In this document: in pieces, positions 11,378 to 21,520 of the stretch | Layout: the number at the start of each line of letters is the position of its first letter | Position numbering within the stretch: the first letter of the stretch is position 1 | Source: an uncultured Gemmataceae bacterium | GTDB taxonomy: Bacteria > Planctomycetota > Planctomycetia > Gemmatales > Gemmataceae | NCBI GenBank assembly: GCA_963750165.1 | Contig: CAVVPN010000004.1 | Location: 32,001-96,000 of the forward strand | Reading direction: 5' to 3' | Length of the DNA stretch: 64,000 nt | Notes under the pieces: model-generated | Seen by the model: the letters and a program-made list of their open reading frames with translations, nothing else | What the model was told of the DNA's origin: nothing | Databases searched by the model: none | Program-made: the position numbers and the translations under genes

Positions 11378-12580
11378 TCAACCAGTTCGGTGCTTTTCGA
11401 TCAGATACTGCGTCAGCGTCAGGAACAGCAGCGAGTGGGCCACGTCGCCAAGTTTCCGCTGAGCCCACCTGGTCCCGCGGGCATCGACCAGCCGCACACT
11501 GCCGGACTGCACCTGCATGTTGCCGACATCGCGCCAGCGCAGGAAATCGTCCCGGTATTCGATGCCCCTGTCCGTCAGCACGAAGGGGTAGAAATCGACC
11601 GGCTTGCCCTCCTCCAACGCCTTGATGGCCACGGTGAACAGCGCGGAACTGCTCTCGCGCTGAATGCGGTCGCCAATCGCCTTGACGGCCCAACCAAAGC
11701 TGCCGCTGTCGAAGCGCAGCCGGCGACCGTCGCGGTCCTCGATCTCCATGCAATAGGTCCAGGTGGTGCCGGTGAAGACGCCGTTGGTGTAGTGGTCGGT
11801 CTTGGTGACCTGGTTGTAAAAACCGGGGAAGCGTTCCCAGGGCAGACACTCCACCTGGGCGCCCGCCTGCAACACCACGCCGCCCGGGCACAGCCACAAC
11901 CGCTTGCCGGCATTGCGGATCAGGCTCCACAGGCCGAGGCCGGCCATCAGCGCGCCTCCGCCGATGCTGATGAGCAGCACGGCAACGCCCGATCCGATGT
12001 TGTCCCGGCCGCGCGGCCCCGCTGCCGGCGCCGCCAGTAAAAGAACGCCGATGAGCAGGCCGACCACCATCACCAGGACGCCGATGACGATGAGCACGAT
12101 GCGGCCGACGATCCTGGGCTTCAGCGTCGCCTGGGGTTCGCCCAGGGCGGCGACTGCGGGCGGGCAGTGCTCGGGCAGCGGGTCCAGCGGCATCCGGTTG
12201 AGCGCGGGGGTCGCCGGTTCGCCCGGCTGGCGGCGGATGTCCGGCGTCCAGGTGGGGCCCAGCAGCGAGGCGATGGGGCGGTCGTAACCACGGCGAACGT
12301 CCTCGTCGCGGTCACGGTCCTCCTCAACGGGCAGCACCGTGGGCACTTCCTCCGGGGCCACTTCTTCCAGCTCCGACAGGGCCGCGTTCGGCCTGGCGCG
12401 GGCGGTGAATTCCGGAGGCAGGGGCGGCGGTTGCGGCACGGGCGGCGGCGCCGGCGGCGCGGTGGGCGCGGCCGGCACGCGCATGGCCGTCTGGCAGGAG
12501 GGACAGCGCACCGCGGCGCCGGCCTGTTCGTCGGGAACGCTCAGGGGATTGCGACAGCCGGGACAGAGGATGCGTATCAT
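11378..12580 (-). CDS. Zn-ribbon, proline-rich, two-TM membrane protein (possibly DUF6585-like C-terminus)
   Basis: MIRILCPGC...VRCPSC; two hydrophobic helices; soluble C-terminal domain. Confidence 0.7.
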   Translation of the reverse strand: MIRILCPGCRNPLSVPDEQAGAAVRCPSCQTAMRVPAAPTAPPAPPPVPQPPPLPPEFTARARPNAALSELEEVAPEEVPTVLPVEEDRDRDEDVRRGYDRPIASLLGPTWTPDIRRQPGEPATPALNRMPLDPLPEHCPPAVAALGEPQATLKPRIVGRIVLIVIGVLVMVVGLLIGVLLLAAPAAGPRGRDNIGSGVAVLLISIGGGALMAGLGLWSLIRNAGKRLWLCPGGVVLQAGAQVECLPWERFPGFYNQVTKTDHYTNGVFTGTTWTYCMEIEDRDGRRLRFDSGSFGWAVKAIGDRIQRESSSALFTVAIKALEEGKPVDFYPFVLTDRGIEYRDDFLRWRDVGNMQVQSGSVRLVDARGTRWAQRKLGDVAHSLLFLTLTQYLIEKHRTG

Positions 12581-13077
12581 GGGCCAAGACCTGTGAAACC
12601 TGGGACCAGGGCCAAAGGTTACCAAATGGCCGTCGAGGGGGAACGTCAAGGGGAAGGGCGCACCTGCTGCATTGCGCTTTTCGGCAGCGGTACGGCCCGC
12701 CCTTTGCATGATCGTCCGCCATGATTTCATCAATCCTTGATAATTTGCCTGGACGATTCTACATCTTTACTTATAATGCTAATATGGTTCGCAACCAAAA
12801 ACTCGGCGAACCGGAATTCGAGAATGGACAAACTCTCCAACAAACTTGCCCCCGTCATGCTCTCCAAGGGCCGGGTGGAGTCCGCAAGGACGTCGAACCT
12901 GTGTAGCACTCCGGCCGTCCAGTAACTGACAATGCCCAAAACCCGGCCACCGCGGTCCCCAGGGAACGCGGCCGGGGTGAACTTAACCCTTGCAACCCTG
13001 ACGGCTTCGTGAAAGCCCCAGAACGCGTTTCCGGGGCGGTCGTCGGGTAGTCTTTAAGAGGAGGAGTCGGTCGGTCG

Positions 13078-15213
13078 GTGGCACAACCACGCCGGCTACA
13101 ACCCATGCTCGACAAATTGCGCAACATCGGCATCATCGCACACGTGGACGCGGGCAAAACCACCACCACGGAGCGCATCCTCTATTTCGGCGGCAGCAAG
13201 CACAAGTCCGGCGATGTCGATGAGGGCAACACCACCACGGACTTCGACCCCCTGGAGAAGGCCAAGGGCATCACCATCAACAGTGCCGCCGTCACGGTGG
13301 ACTGGGGCGACGTGCGCATCAACCTGATCGACACGCCCGGCCACGTCGATTTCACCGCCGAGGTCGAGCGCTCGCTGCGCGTCCTCGACGGCGCCGTCGG
13401 CGTCTTCTGCGCCGTCGGCGGCGTCGAGGTGCAGAGCGAGACGGTGTGGTATCAGGCCAACAAGCATCGGGTGCCGCGCATCGCCTACATCAACAAGCTC
13501 GACCGTATGGGCGCCGACTTCTTCAACTGCATCGAGGAGATGAAAACGAAGCTGGGCGTCGTGCCGGCCATCTGCGCGCTGCCGGTCGGCCAGTCCGGCG
13601 AGTTCCAGGGCGTCATCGACCTGATCGAGATGAAGTTCATCGAGCGCGACAAGACCGACAAGGCCAACCGCCGCTTCACCCTGGAAGAGATTCCCGAGTC
13701 GCACAAGGCCCAGGCCGAGGAGTACCACCAGCACCTGCTCGAAGCCGCGTCGCTGGTGGACGATCACCTCGTCGAACTGATCCTCGATGGCAAGCCCGTT
13801 TCCAAGGAGCAGCTGAAGGCGGCGCTGCGCAAGGGCACGCTGGAGGGCAAGTTGACGCCGATCCTGTGCGGCTCGTCGAAGAATTTCCACGGCGTCGAGT
13901 TGATGCTGGACTCAGTCGTGGACTATTTGCCGTCGCCGTTGGACCGGCCGCCCGTCGAAGGCCTCCACCCCAAAAAGAAGGAGAAGGAGCAGCGCAAGGC
14001 CGATCCGAAGGAACCGCTGTCGCTGCTGGCGTTCAAGACCGTCACCGAGCCGACCGGCGACCTGGTATACGTGCGCATCTACTCGGGCGAGCTGCATCCG
14101 AAGGACGACGTGCTGAACACCACGACGGGCCGCGGTGAGCGCATCGCGCGCATTTTCCGCATGTTCGGCGAGCGCCGCGACAGCCTGGAAGTGGCCGGCC
14201 CTGGAGACATCGTGGCCGTCGTGGGCCTGAAGCAGACCTTCACCGGCAACACGCTCTGCGCCAACGGTGCGCCGATCACGCTGGAAGAGATTCGTTTCCC
14301 CGAGCCGGTCATCAGCCAGGCGATCATCCCGGATCGGACCACCGACGAGACCAAGCTGGCCGACGCCCTCGGCAAGCTGGTCCGCGACGATCCGACGCTG
14401 AAGATGAAGACCGACCCGGAGACGAAGCAGCTCATCATCAGCGGCATGGGCGAGCTGCACCTGGAAGTCTCGGTCGAGAAGTTGCAGCGCACGCCCGGCG
14501 TCAAGGTGAGCGTCGGCAAGCCGCTGGTCGCTTACCGCCAAACGCTGTCGAAGCCGGTGGACATCGAGACGCGCTTCATCAAGCAGACGGGCGGCCGCGG
14601 CAAGTTCGCCGTGGTGAACATCAAGTTCGACCCGCTGACCAAGGAGCAGGTCGAGGAGTGGACCGCCTACCAGGAGGAGAACGGCGAGAAGAAGGACCCG
14701 AACAACATTTACTTCATGGACAAGATCGTCGGCGGCGTGGTCCCCAACGAGTACATTCCGTCGGTGGAGCAGGGCTTCCGCGAGGCGTGCGTCAAGGGGG
14801 CCAAGTACGGCTTCCAGTGCGTGGACATCCAGGCCACCCTGCACTTCGGCAAGTACCACGACGTGGACAGTTCGCAGGATGCGTTCAAGCTGGCGGCGAT
14901 GGAATGCACGCGCGACGCCATGATGAAGGCCGGCATCACGCTGCTGGAGCCGATCATGAACGTGGTGGTGATTGCGCCGGAGAAGTATCAGGGCGACCTG
15001 GCAGGCGACATCAACCGCCGTCGCGGCGAAATCCTGAACTTCAGCAGCGACAAGGGCCGCTGCCAGCTGCACGCTTATGTGCCGCTGGCGGAGCTGTTCG
15101 GCTACACCAACGAACTGCGCAACTTCACGAGCGGCACAGCGTCGTTCAGCATGGAGCCGAGCCACTACGCCCCGGTGCGCGAGGAACTCGCCGACCTGCG
15201 GGCCGCCAGCTGA
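13078..15213 (+). CDS. fusA: Elongation factor G, stand-alone copy outside the str operon (alternative start ATG 13105)
   Basis: AHVDAGKTT, KGITI, DTPGHVDF, NKLD, GMGELHLE, KQTGGRG, HDVDSS, LLEPIM. Confidence 0.92.
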   Translation: MAQPRRLQPMLDKLRNIGIIAHVDAGKTTTTERILYFGGSKHKSGDVDEGNTTTDFDPLEKAKGITINSAAVTVDWGDVRINLIDTPGHVDFTAEVERSLRVLDGAVGVFCAVGGVEVQSETVWYQANKHRVPRIAYINKLDRMGADFFNCIEEMKTKLGVVPAICALPVGQSGEFQGVIDLIEMKFIERDKTDKANRRFTLEEIPESHKAQAEEYHQHLLEAASLVDDHLVELILDGKPVSKEQLKAALRKGTLEGKLTPILCGSSKNFHGVELMLDSVVDYLPSPLDRPPVEGLHPKKKEKEQRKADPKEPLSLLAFKTVTEPTGDLVYVRIYSGELHPKDDVLNTTTGRGERIARIFRMFGERRDSLEVAGPGDIVAVVGLKQTFTGNTLCANGAPITLEEIRFPEPVISQAIIPDRTTDETKLADALGKLVRDDPTLKMKTDPETKQLIISGMGELHLEVSVEKLQRTPGVKVSVGKPLVAYRQTLSKPVDIETRFIKQTGGRGKFAVVNIKFDPLTKEQVEEWTAYQEENGEKKDPNNIYFMDKIVGGVVPNEYIPSVEQGFREACVKGAKYGFQCVDIQATLHFGKYHDVDSSQDAFKLAAMECTRDAMMKAGITLLEPIMNVVVIAPEKYQGDLAGDINRRRGEILNFSSDKGRCQLHAYVPLAELFGYTNELRNFTSGTASFSMEPSHYAPVREELADLRAAS

Positions 15214-15218
15214 ACAGG

Positions 15219-15319
15219 AAGAAAGCTGACGCAAAGGCACAAAGACGCCGAGCGGCGCAAGGAACGAGCATGGTTCCTTGCGCCGCTCGGCGTCTTTGCG
15301 CCTTTGCGTCAGCTTTCTT
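15219..15319. repeat. 47-bp inverted repeat, terminator-like, after fusA
   Basis: aagaaagctgacgcaaaggcacaaagacgccgagcggcgcaaggaac and a near-perfect reverse complement at 15273-15319. Confidence 0.85.
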
Positions 15320-15455
15320 TCATTGTCGATGCGTCTTTCCAGGCGATGGGCGTGGTGCGGGTAGTCTGCGTGGAATGCACCGCCAGGCCGTGGCCGTAAC
15401 CCTCCTGTGCTTGCGGCTATTTCTCCCCCGCGGTACACTACAGGTGGAGGTTCCC

Positions 15456-15890
15456 ATGCAACGCAAGCCCGAAGACAAGATGAAACCCAAGGTGGTCGCC
15501 TTCAAGGTGGAGGCGGAGCTGGCGGCGTTTCTCAACAAACTCCCCAATAAGAGCGCCTTCATCCGCAAGGCCATCGCGGCGCAGATGAGCATCGCCTGTC
15601 CGCTCTGCAACGGCGCCGGCACCGTCAACCGCGCCGTCCACGACCATTTTTTGCCGCTGATCCGCGAACACGCCCAGCGCAGCTGCGACGGCTGCGGCCA
15701 CGATCAACCGCTGCCGCGCGACCCCGGTGAACTGACCACCGAGGATCGCCAGCGCCTGGAGCAGTTCTTCCACGGCGGCCCCTTCTACTGCGACGGCTGT
15801 TACGAAAAAGCCCCGACCTGCGACGACTGCGGCTGGCACATCGCCGAGGACCGTGTCGCCGAACACCAGCGCCAGGCCCACACCCATTGA
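15456..15890 (+). CDS. Hypothetical protein with ribbon-helix-helix-like N-terminus and four CxxC motifs
   Basis: KVVAFKVEAELAAFLNKLPNKSAFIRKAI; CPLC, CDGC, CDGC, CDDC; GGAGG RBS. Confidence 0.7.
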   Translation: MQRKPEDKMKPKVVAFKVEAELAAFLNKLPNKSAFIRKAIAAQMSIACPLCNGAGTVNRAVHDHFLPLIREHAQRSCDGCGHDQPLPRDPGELTTEDRQRLEQFFHGGPFYCDGCYEKAPTCDDCGWHIAEDRVAEHQRQAHTH

Positions 15891-17344
15891 GCCCCACCGA
15901 CCTCCACCACCTCCGGGCCGACCTGGCGCAGCCGCTGCCGCACCCCGACCTGGACGCCCTGCGCCGCTTCAGCGCCCTGACCACCGACTGGCTGCTGCGC
16001 GACTTTCACGCGCTGCCGGAGCAACCCGTCGGCAGAACCGCGTCCCGACCGGAGATGGAGGCGCTGCTGCGTGAGCCGCCGCCGGAAATCGGCCGGCCGT
16101 TCGAGCAGGTGCTCGCCGAGTTCGGTCAAAAAGTTGCGCCGCACACCTTCCGTCCCAATCACCCGCGCTTCTTCGCGTTCATCCCCAGCGCCCCAACCTT
16201 CGTCTCGGTGCTCGGCGACTGGCTGTGCGCCGGCACCAACTATTTCGCCGGCGTCTGGCTGGAGGCGGCCGGGCCGGCGCTGGTCGAGCTGCTCGTGCTG
16301 GATTGGTTCAAGCAATTTCTCGGCTACCCCGCAGAGGCGCGCGGCATCCTCACCACCGGCGGCTCCGAGGCCAACCTGACCGCGCTGACCGTCGCCCGCC
16401 AGCGCCTGAGCCACGACGACCGGCCGCGCGCGGTGCTCTACGAATCGGAGCAGCGGCACTGGTCGGTGGACCGCGCCGCGTTCGTCATCGGCCTGCGCCC
16501 CGAGCAAATCCGCCGCCTGCCGGTGACCGCCGACCTGCGCTTCGACGTGGCCGCCCTGCGCCGCGCCGTCGCCGAGGACCGCCGCTCTGACCGGCAGCCG
16601 TGGCTGGTGGTCGCCAACGGCGGCGCCACCAACACCGGCACGGTCGATGCGCTCGCGGACCTCGCCGAGGTGTGTGAGCGCGAACGGCTGTGGCTGCACG
16701 TCGATGCCGCCTACGGCTGGCCGGCGGTGCTGTCGGCGGCGGAACGGCCGCAGTTCGCCGGCATCGAGCGCGCCGACTCGATCACGCTCGACCCGCACAA
16801 GTGGTTCGCCCAGACGTTCGAGGCCGGCTGCCTGCTGGTGCGCGACGGCCGCCGGCTGGCGGAGACGTTCGCGCTGCGGCCGGAATACATGCAGGATGTG
16901 ACGCCGGACGCCGACGAGATCAACTTCGCCGACCACGGCCTGGCGCTGACGCGGCGCTTCCGGGCGCTGAAAATCTGGCTGTCGCTGCAGGTGCTGGGCG
17001 TCGGCTGGTTTCGGGCGCTGGTCGAGCGCTGCTGCGGCCTGGCGGCGTACGCGGAGGCACTGCTGCGGCAGCGGCCGGGCTTCGAGGTTCTGCACCCGCG
17101 GCAGCTGAGCGTCGTGACGTTCCGCTACGTTGGCGGCGTGACCGGGGAGGATGCGCGGGATCGGTTGAACCTGGCGATTTTGGAGGCGCTGCGCGATGGC
17201 GGCCGGGTGTTTTTGTCCTCGACGCGGCTGGGCGGCCGGGTGGCGCTGCGGCTGTGCTTCGTCAACTGGCGGACGACGGCGGCGGATGTGGACGAGGCGC
17301 TGACGCTAATCGAACAGGCGGCGTCCAACCCCTCCAACCGCTAA
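15887..17344 (+). CDS. Group II PLP-dependent decarboxylase (aromatic L-amino acid decarboxylase-like)
   Basis: HPRFFAFIP, GGSEANL, GATNTGTVD, WLHVDAAYG, SITLDPHKW, LTRRFRALKIW. Confidence 0.9.
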   Translation: MSPTDLHHLRADLAQPLPHPDLDALRRFSALTTDWLLRDFHALPEQPVGRTASRPEMEALLREPPPEIGRPFEQVLAEFGQKVAPHTFRPNHPRFFAFIPSAPTFVSVLGDWLCAGTNYFAGVWLEAAGPALVELLVLDWFKQFLGYPAEARGILTTGGSEANLTALTVARQRLSHDDRPRAVLYESEQRHWSVDRAAFVIGLRPEQIRRLPVTADLRFDVAALRRAVAEDRRSDRQPWLVVANGGATNTGTVDALADLAEVCERERLWLHVDAAYGWPAVLSAAERPQFAGIERADSITLDPHKWFAQTFEAGCLLVRDGRRLAETFALRPEYMQDVTPDADEINFADHGLALTRRFRALKIWLSLQVLGVGWFRALVERCCGLAAYAEALLRQRPGFEVLHPRQLSVVTFRYVGGVTGEDARDRLNLAILEALRDGGRVFLSSTRLGGRVALRLCFVNWRTTAADVDEALTLIEQAASNPSNR

Positions 17345-17501
17345 CACCTGCCCCACGGTCCCGCAAAAAAAAGTCGCGCGTTCGCTTGTCGCCGGAGGAA
17401 GGGCTATAATAAAAAGTAGTAATACTGTTGGTGGCGGTAGCCCTGAGCCGTAACCTTCAATCCAGGATGGAGCGCCCAACCTTTTCGCAGAGAGGCCTTT
17501 C

Positions 17502-18401
17502 ATGAAAAATGCCGCCGTGCTGGTCGAATACGGACAGCCCATCGACCCGCAGTTCATGGTGACGCCGCCGGACGCGACGGAACTCGAGCTGGAAGCCGGG
17601 CACCCCGGCCTTGGGGATGAAGCCTACATCCAGCGCCGCAAGGATCTGTTCGCGCTTTGCCGTCGGAACCGCCTGGCGGGCCTGGGACCGCCGCTGATCG
17701 ATTACACGCCCGAGGAAACGCGCATCTGGCGCGAGGTCAGCCCGAAACTGGATGAACTGCACGTCCCGTACGCCAGCGCCTGTTATCTCACCGGCAAGCG
17801 CGCGTTGGCGGTCTCGCGCGACGAGATTCCGCAACTTGGCCTCCTCAGTGAACGGGTGCGGCGGGAGACCAACATGCACCTCGTGCCCGCCGAGGGAGCG
17901 CTGCCGTACCGGACCTTTTACCAGTACATCGCCGACCGCGGTTTCCCGGTGACGCAGTTTATCCGGCACGGCTCCCACCCGGAGTTCACGCCCGAACCGG
18001 ACATGATCCACGACTGCCTCGGCCACGTGCCGCCGCTCATGAACCAGGACTACGCGGAATTACTCACGCTCATCGGCAAGGCGGTCGCCGCCACCACCCA
18101 GGGCGAACAGGTGCTCGCCCTGAAGCGCTTCAGCTGGTTCAGTATCGAATTCGGTTTGATCGAGGAAGCCGGAGAAGTCAAGGTGTTCGGGGCCGGTATT
18201 CTTTCTTCCACCGGTGAAATTCCGTTCTCCCTGCACGCGCGCGAGGTAACGCGGCGGCCGTTCGTGACCGATGTGGTGATCGCCACCGACTATGACCCGT
18301 CGCGGATGCAGGACCATTTGTTCATTGCCCCGTCGCTGCCGTTTCTGCGGCGAGAACTGGAGAATCTGGTCCGCCGCTTTGGCATCCCAGTAATCGAATG
18401 A
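17502..18401 (+). CDS. phhA: Phenylalanine 4-monooxygenase (pterin-dependent aromatic amino acid hydroxylase)
   Basis: FPVTQFIRH, FTPEPDMIHDCLGHVP, WFSIEFGL, GAGILSS (2-His-1-Glu iron motif). Confidence 0.9.
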   Translation: MKNAAVLVEYGQPIDPQFMVTPPDATELELEAGHPGLGDEAYIQRRKDLFALCRRNRLAGLGPPLIDYTPEETRIWREVSPKLDELHVPYASACYLTGKRALAVSRDEIPQLGLLSERVRRETNMHLVPAEGALPYRTFYQYIADRGFPVTQFIRHGSHPEFTPEPDMIHDCLGHVPPLMNQDYAELLTLIGKAVAATTQGEQVLALKRFSWFSIEFGLIEEAGEVKVFGAGILSSTGEIPFSLHAREVTRRPFVTDVVIATDYDPSRMQDHLFIAPSLPFLRRELENLVRRFGIPVIE

Positions 18402-18502
18402 AGAAGGGATCCACAGCTGGCACAGAGGAAAGACAAAATCGAATTGATCTTCTATCTGTGACATCTGTGACATCTGTGGATTCAGAAGAGGAGTTTCGTC
18501 GG

Positions 18503-19609
18503 ATGAGTGGAGACCTTTTGGCGCTGCGGCGGATCGACCACGTGCGCTTCTTCGTGGGCAACGCTCGCCAGTCCGCATACTTTTACCGTAACGCCTTTGG
18601 CTTCGACGTGATCGCCTACGCCGGCCTGGAGACGCGCATGCGCCACGAGGCCGGTTACGTGCTGCGCCAGGGTAACATCACGTTCGTGCTGATGTCGCCG
18701 CTGTCCGCGCAGCACCCCGAGAGCCAGCGGCTGGTGACGCACGGCGACGGCGTCATGGACATTGCCCTGGACGTGGCCGATGTCAAGGCCGCATATGAGG
18801 AGTCGGTGCGGCGTGGGGCGGTCGGCGTCGCGGCACCATCAGCCCAGGAGGACGAGCACGGCATCATTGAAACCGCGACCATCCGCACCTACGGCGACAC
18901 GACGCACACCTTCATCAACCGTGATCGTTATAGCGGAGTGTTCGCGCCTGGCTTCAAACCAATCGACCCGGAGCGCTACGACCCAAGGACGTTCGCGCAC
19001 GTCGGCCTCAAGGCCATCGACCACATTGTCGGCAACGTCGAGCTGGGCAAGATGAACGAGTGGGTCAAGTTCTACGAGGACGTGCTCGGCTTCAACCAGC
19101 TGGTGAGCTTCGACGACAAGGACATCAGCACGGAGTATTCGGCGCTGATGTCGAAGGTGGTGCAGAACGGCACTGGCCGCATCAAGTTTCCGCTGAACGA
19201 GCCGGCGACGGGCAAGCGGCGGTCGCAGATCGAGGAGTATTTGCAGTTCCACGGCGGCCCCGGCGTGCAGCACATTGCGATGGCGACCGGCGACATCATC
19301 GAGACAGTGCGGGCCATGCGGCACAACGACGTGTCGTTCCTGCGCGTGCCGCAGAGCTATTATGATGTGCTGACCGACCGCGTCGGTACAATTAAAGAGG
19401 ATGTGGAGGAGTTGGCCGAACTGGGCATCCTCGTGGACCGTGACGACGAGGGCTACATGCTGCAAATTTTCACGAAGCCGGTGGCGGATCGGCCGACGCT
19501 GTTCTTCGAGATCATTCAGCGGCACGGCTCGAAGAGTTTCGGCAAGGGCAACTTCAAGGCGCTGTTCGAGGCCATCGAGCGCGAGCAGGCGCTGCGCGGC
19601 ACACTGTAG
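18503..19609 (+). CDS. hppD: 4-hydroxyphenylpyruvate dioxygenase
   Basis: HGDGV, IDHIVGNV, SALMSKVV, GPGVQHIA, LQIFTKP, FGKGNFKALFEAIE. Confidence 0.95.
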   Translation: MSGDLLALRRIDHVRFFVGNARQSAYFYRNAFGFDVIAYAGLETRMRHEAGYVLRQGNITFVLMSPLSAQHPESQRLVTHGDGVMDIALDVADVKAAYEESVRRGAVGVAAPSAQEDEHGIIETATIRTYGDTTHTFINRDRYSGVFAPGFKPIDPERYDPRTFAHVGLKAIDHIVGNVELGKMNEWVKFYEDVLGFNQLVSFDDKDISTEYSALMSKVVQNGTGRIKFPLNEPATGKRRSQIEEYLQFHGGPGVQHIAMATGDIIETVRAMRHNDVSFLRVPQSYYDVLTDRVGTIKEDVEELAELGILVDRDDEGYMLQIFTKPVADRPTLFFEIIQRHGSKSFGKGNFKALFEAIEREQALRGTL

Positions 19610-19897
19610 TCCGAGCCGGAGCAGGATGACCCGTTTGTGCGCGTGATGGTGGGCAGCGTCAGCAACCAGCGGGACGGTTTATGCGCGATTCACCGGGGGG
19701 CTGGGCAACCGCGGCGTCCTGGGCCAGGCGATTTCCTTGTTAACAAGCGGAGAGGTTTCTATAATTATACAGTGAACCGAGTTGACCTCCAGCCCCATGC
19801 TAGCCGCTCCGCCCGCGGTTGCAGGGAGACTGTCGCCACGGGAACGGCTTGCCCGGGCGCGTTGATCGACCCTCGTTTCTCCAGGAGTGGTTCTTCG

Positions 19898-21484
19898 ATG
19901 GCCGAGTTGCACCACGAATGTGGCATCGCCGCACTGTACCACCTGGAGAGCCCCACCCCAACCACCCTCGACGCCGCCCCGGACCCCGAGCAGATTTCGT
20001 GGCTGATGCCGCGCATCCTCCTGGACCTGCAGAACCGTGGCCAGCTGGCGGCCGGCTTCACCACCTACAACCCGCACCGCGACAAACTGCTGGATACGCA
20101 CAAGCAGGTCGGCACGGTTATCGAGGCGTTCCGGCTCAACCACCAGGCAAAGTTCGACAGCATCATGCGCGAGTTCGCCGGCCGGGCCGCCATCGGCCAC
20201 GTCCGCTACGCCACCTGCGGCCAGAACGAGCGCAGCCACGCCCAGCCGTTCGAGCGGCACCACGGCTGCAAGTGGAAGTGGTTCAGTTTCGCCTTCAACG
20301 GCCAGCTGGCCAACTTCGCCGACCTGCGCGACGAGTTGCTCACCAAGGCCGACTACCACCTGACGCGCAACCTCGACACCGAGGTCATCCAGCACTTCCT
20401 CAGCTACGAACTACGGCACGACGGCCGGCCCGACCTGGTGGACGTGTTCACCAACCTGGCGCGGCGTTTCGACGGGGCGTACAACATTGTCTACCTGAAC
20501 GCGATGGGCGACCTGGCGGTGGTGCGCGACCCGAAGGGGTTTCGGCCGCTGTGCTACGCCCAGAACGGGCCGTTATTCGCCGCCGCCAGCGAGAGCGTGC
20601 CGCTGCTGAACCTCGGCTTCACCGACATCCAGTCGCTGGAGCCGGGCGAGATGATCGTCATCCAGAACAACCAGATCCGCCGCGTCCGTTACGCCCCGAA
20701 GCAGCCGACCGCGCACTGCTTCTTCGAGTGGATCTATTTCGCCAACGTGGCCAGCACGCTGGACGAGCGCAGCGTCTACCTGTCGCGGTCGAGGCTGGGC
20801 AAGGAGCTGGCGACGCAGGAACACCGCCTGCGCCTGGTGCCGCTGGACGACGACACCATCGTGGTGCCGGTGCCGGACACCGGCAAGGCGGCGGCGGACG
20901 CGATGGCGTTCGAGCTGGGCGTGCCGTCGGTCGAGGGCCTGATCCGCAACCGCTACATCGGCCGCACCTTTATCGAGGGCCAGAACCGGGCCGACCGCGT
21001 CCGCATGAAGTACACGCCGCTGCGCGAGGTGCTCGAGGGCAAGCGCGTGTTGCTGATCGAGGACACCATCGTCCGCAGCACGACGCTGAAGTCGCTGCTG
21101 CACCACGTCCGCGAGCGCGGCGGGGCAAAGGAGATCCACGTCCGCATCGCCTGCCCGCCGATCGTGGCACCATGCTTTTACGGCATCGACATGTCCACGG
21201 TGCGCGAGCTGTTCGCGCTGCGCTTCATGCACGGCAACCGGCCGACGGTGGACGAGCAGTACGCGATGGCGAAGGAGTTGGGCGCGGACAGCCTGTTCTA
21301 CCTGCCGCTGGAGGCGGTGGCGCGCTGCATTGGTCTGCCGGGGGACAAACTGTGTCGGGCGTGCCTGACCGGCGACTACCCGACGCCGACGGGCAAGCAG
21401 CTGTACGAACTGGCGCTGGTCAACCGCGGCGAGCCGGCCGCGAACGGACGCACCTATGAGCGGGCGTCCGCGGTGGCGCAGTAA
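19898..21484 (+). CDS. purF: Amidophosphoribosyltransferase
   Basis: HHECGI propeptide and catalytic Cys, LQNRGQ, IGHVRYAT, CFFEWIYFA, IEDTIVRSTT, PCFYGID. Confidence 0.93.
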   Translation: MAELHHECGIAALYHLESPTPTTLDAAPDPEQISWLMPRILLDLQNRGQLAAGFTTYNPHRDKLLDTHKQVGTVIEAFRLNHQAKFDSIMREFAGRAAIGHVRYATCGQNERSHAQPFERHHGCKWKWFSFAFNGQLANFADLRDELLTKADYHLTRNLDTEVIQHFLSYELRHDGRPDLVDVFTNLARRFDGAYNIVYLNAMGDLAVVRDPKGFRPLCYAQNGPLFAAASESVPLLNLGFTDIQSLEPGEMIVIQNNQIRRVRYAPKQPTAHCFFEWIYFANVASTLDERSVYLSRSRLGKELATQEHRLRLVPLDDDTIVVPVPDTGKAAADAMAFELGVPSVEGLIRNRYIGRTFIEGQNRADRVRMKYTPLREVLEGKRVLLIEDTIVRSTTLKSLLHHVRERGGAKEIHVRIACPPIVAPCFYGIDMSTVRELFALRFMHGNRPTVDEQYAMAKELGADSLFYLPLEAVARCIGLPGDKLCRACLTGDYPTPTGKQLYELALVNRGEPAANGRTYERASAVAQ

Positions 21485-21520
21485 GCCGCGCCAGGTCGCC
21501 CCACTGGGGAGGGGTCGGAC

